Source: Promethearchaeota archaeon (GTDB taxonomy: Archaea; Asgardarchaeota; Lokiarchaeia; Sigyniarchaeales; SOKP01). Taken from it: 64,000 bases of DNA. The number at the start of each line of letters is the position of its first letter. Positions within the stretch are counted from its first letter, which is position 1. The notes beneath the pieces are model-generated. The model had not been told where the DNA came from. It ran no database searches and saw nothing but the letters and a program-made list of their open reading frames with translations. A program made the translations under genes and the position numbers. The stretch spans positions 141,439 through 205,438 of the forward strand of contig JAHPZA010000001.1 of assembly GCA_019058445.1 (NCBI GenBank), written 5' to 3'. Positions 62,849 through 64,000 of this stretch are shown in pieces.

Positions 62849-62874
62849 AGGAATGGATGACTATTTTCGGGGCC

Positions 62875-62909
<35 letters not shown>

Positions 62910-63032
62910 TAGCGCGTAGCTGCCCGGCGATGCCTTGTCAGACAACCGGTACACCAGAGGCGCCGGCAAAATGTTCCTCTCGTACTGATTTTCCCTTACC
63001 CTCAGTCCTCCAACAAACCCAGTAGATAGAAT

Positions 63033-63075
<43 letters not shown>

Positions 63076-63107
63076 TTAATGGGCGTACAGCCCCACCCTT
63101 GGGAGTT

Positions 63108-63140
63108 ATGCGCTCATTTCCAATACACGGAAATAATATG
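63108..63140 (-). other. ~31 nt insertion in the 23S helix 91 loop (relaxed-BHB intron or expansion; ends approximate)
   Basis: H91 spans 51 nt instead of ~20; internal hairpin UUAUUUCC/GGAAAUGA. Confidence 0.6.
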
Positions 63141-63225
63141 TGCGCTCCCAGGATAGGAAGAGCCGACATCGAGGAAGCAAGCCACGAGGTCGATAGGAGC
63201 TCTTACTCGTGACAACTCTGTTACC

Positions 63226-63256
63226 TTCCCGCGCATCGAGGCATTCTCGGATGCGT
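63226..63256 (-). other. 31 nt BHB intron in the 23S peptidyl-transferase centre (~E. coli 2446/2447)
   Basis: UUAC-CCCG-GG|A-CGCAU...AUGCG-CGGG-AA|G-GUAA is a canonical bulge-helix-bulge. Confidence 0.88.
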
Positions 63257-63269
63257 CCCGGGGTAATTT

Positions 63270-63363
63270 TTATAGAACGCACAGTAAATCTGCGCATTTA
63301 TATAGAACCCACAAAACTCGAGTCGCTAATATCTATCTATTAACTCCATTGATGTGGAAGTTT
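63270..63363 (-). other. Two stacked BHB-type introns (64 nt at 63300-63363 and 30 nt at 63270-63299) at one 23S site (~E. coli 2430s)
   Basis: 5' exon AUAG-AA pairs with either of two CUAU half-sites; removal restores GGUGAUAGAAAAAUUACCCC. Confidence 0.8.
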
Positions 63364-63860
63364 TTCTATCACCTCAACAAGCCACACAAGCAGCGTTAAG
63401 GATCGCTAGACCAGGCGTTAGCCTCAGGATTCCTTGGTAGTCAGAATCCAGTCAGGCCAGCTTTTGCTCTTAAACTCTGCGGCGGATTCCTGACCCGCCT
63501 GAGCTGACCATTGGTTACTCCAGATACCTTTTCTGGAGTGAGCCGCCCCAGCCAAACTGCCCACCTGCGGGTGTCCGTCACTTTCACGACGTTAGCGGTT
63601 CCAGAAAGGAAAGCCGGTGTTCCAATGTTGCTCCCCTACACCCGAAAGTGTAGGATCGACGCTCCCGACTACGCTCTGTATCCAGTCCAAAATCGCAACA
63701 ACAAGCTGCAGTAAAACTCCACGGGGTCTTCTCGTCCCACTGGGCTTCTCCGGACCGTTCGCCGGAGTGTGATTTCAATCGTCAGGAGGTTGGGACAATA
63801 GGGAGAACGTTGGACCATTCATGCACGTCTGAACTTACCAGACAAGGCATTTGGCTACCT

Positions 63861-63889
63861 TTCTCTCGAGGCTCGAGATGAGAGCTCGT
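63861..63889 (-). other. 29 nt BHB intron in 23S (~E. coli 1927)
   Basis: ACU-CUCU-UA|A-CGAG...CUCG-AGAG-AA|A-GGU; removal restores CUCUUAAGGUAG. Confidence 0.9.
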
Positions 63890-64000
63890 TAAGAGAGTTA
63901 TAGTTACTCCCGGCGTTTAGCAGGACTTACTGCGGTTGTAACCGCGATTTATCAGACTGCCACTGGCCAGGTTTCAGCCTCTGTAAACAAGCTTTCGCTC

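Noticed and set aside
63106-63778. ORFs 63106-63297, 63511-63714 and 63584-63778
   Set aside because: They lie within the 23S rRNA gene and are spurious translations.

Overview
AT-rich archaeal chromosome segment, most consistent with a Lokiarchaeia (Asgard) genome. The evidence is Rab-like and Arf/Rag-like small GTPases, NAC, MfnA, an HPS-RraA fusion, a supersized 23S ES39 and GGTGA/GGAGG SD motifs. The backbone is housekeeping and metabolic. Main unusual structures: (1) an ~11 kb defence island (HNH-STAND NTPase, Shedu-like DUF4263 nuclease, ABC-ATPase fused to a Schlafen/AlbA_2 domain, HD hydrolase, DUF2284 protein, SPASM-type radical SAM) sits between the live nrdD 3' end and a decayed, diverged second copy of that 3' end. 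(2) An extein-less, HO-like zinc-finger/Hint/LAGLIDADG gene lies between that remnant and nrdG. (3) A ~6.3 kb cargo block (PIN-like protein, free-standing LAGLIDADG endonuclease, RNase HI and others) is flanked by direct repeats of the 23S rRNA 3' end, with another 23S scrap further out. (4) The 3' part of the 23S gene (minus strand) carries several ORF-less BHB mini-introns, including two stacked at one site, plus a ~240 nt repeat-containing ES39. (5) tRNA-Cys has a non-canonical D-arm intron, and three intergenic regions are candidate structured RNAs. No integrase, transposase or CRISPR array was seen. All family assignments are from motif recognition by eye, without database searches.
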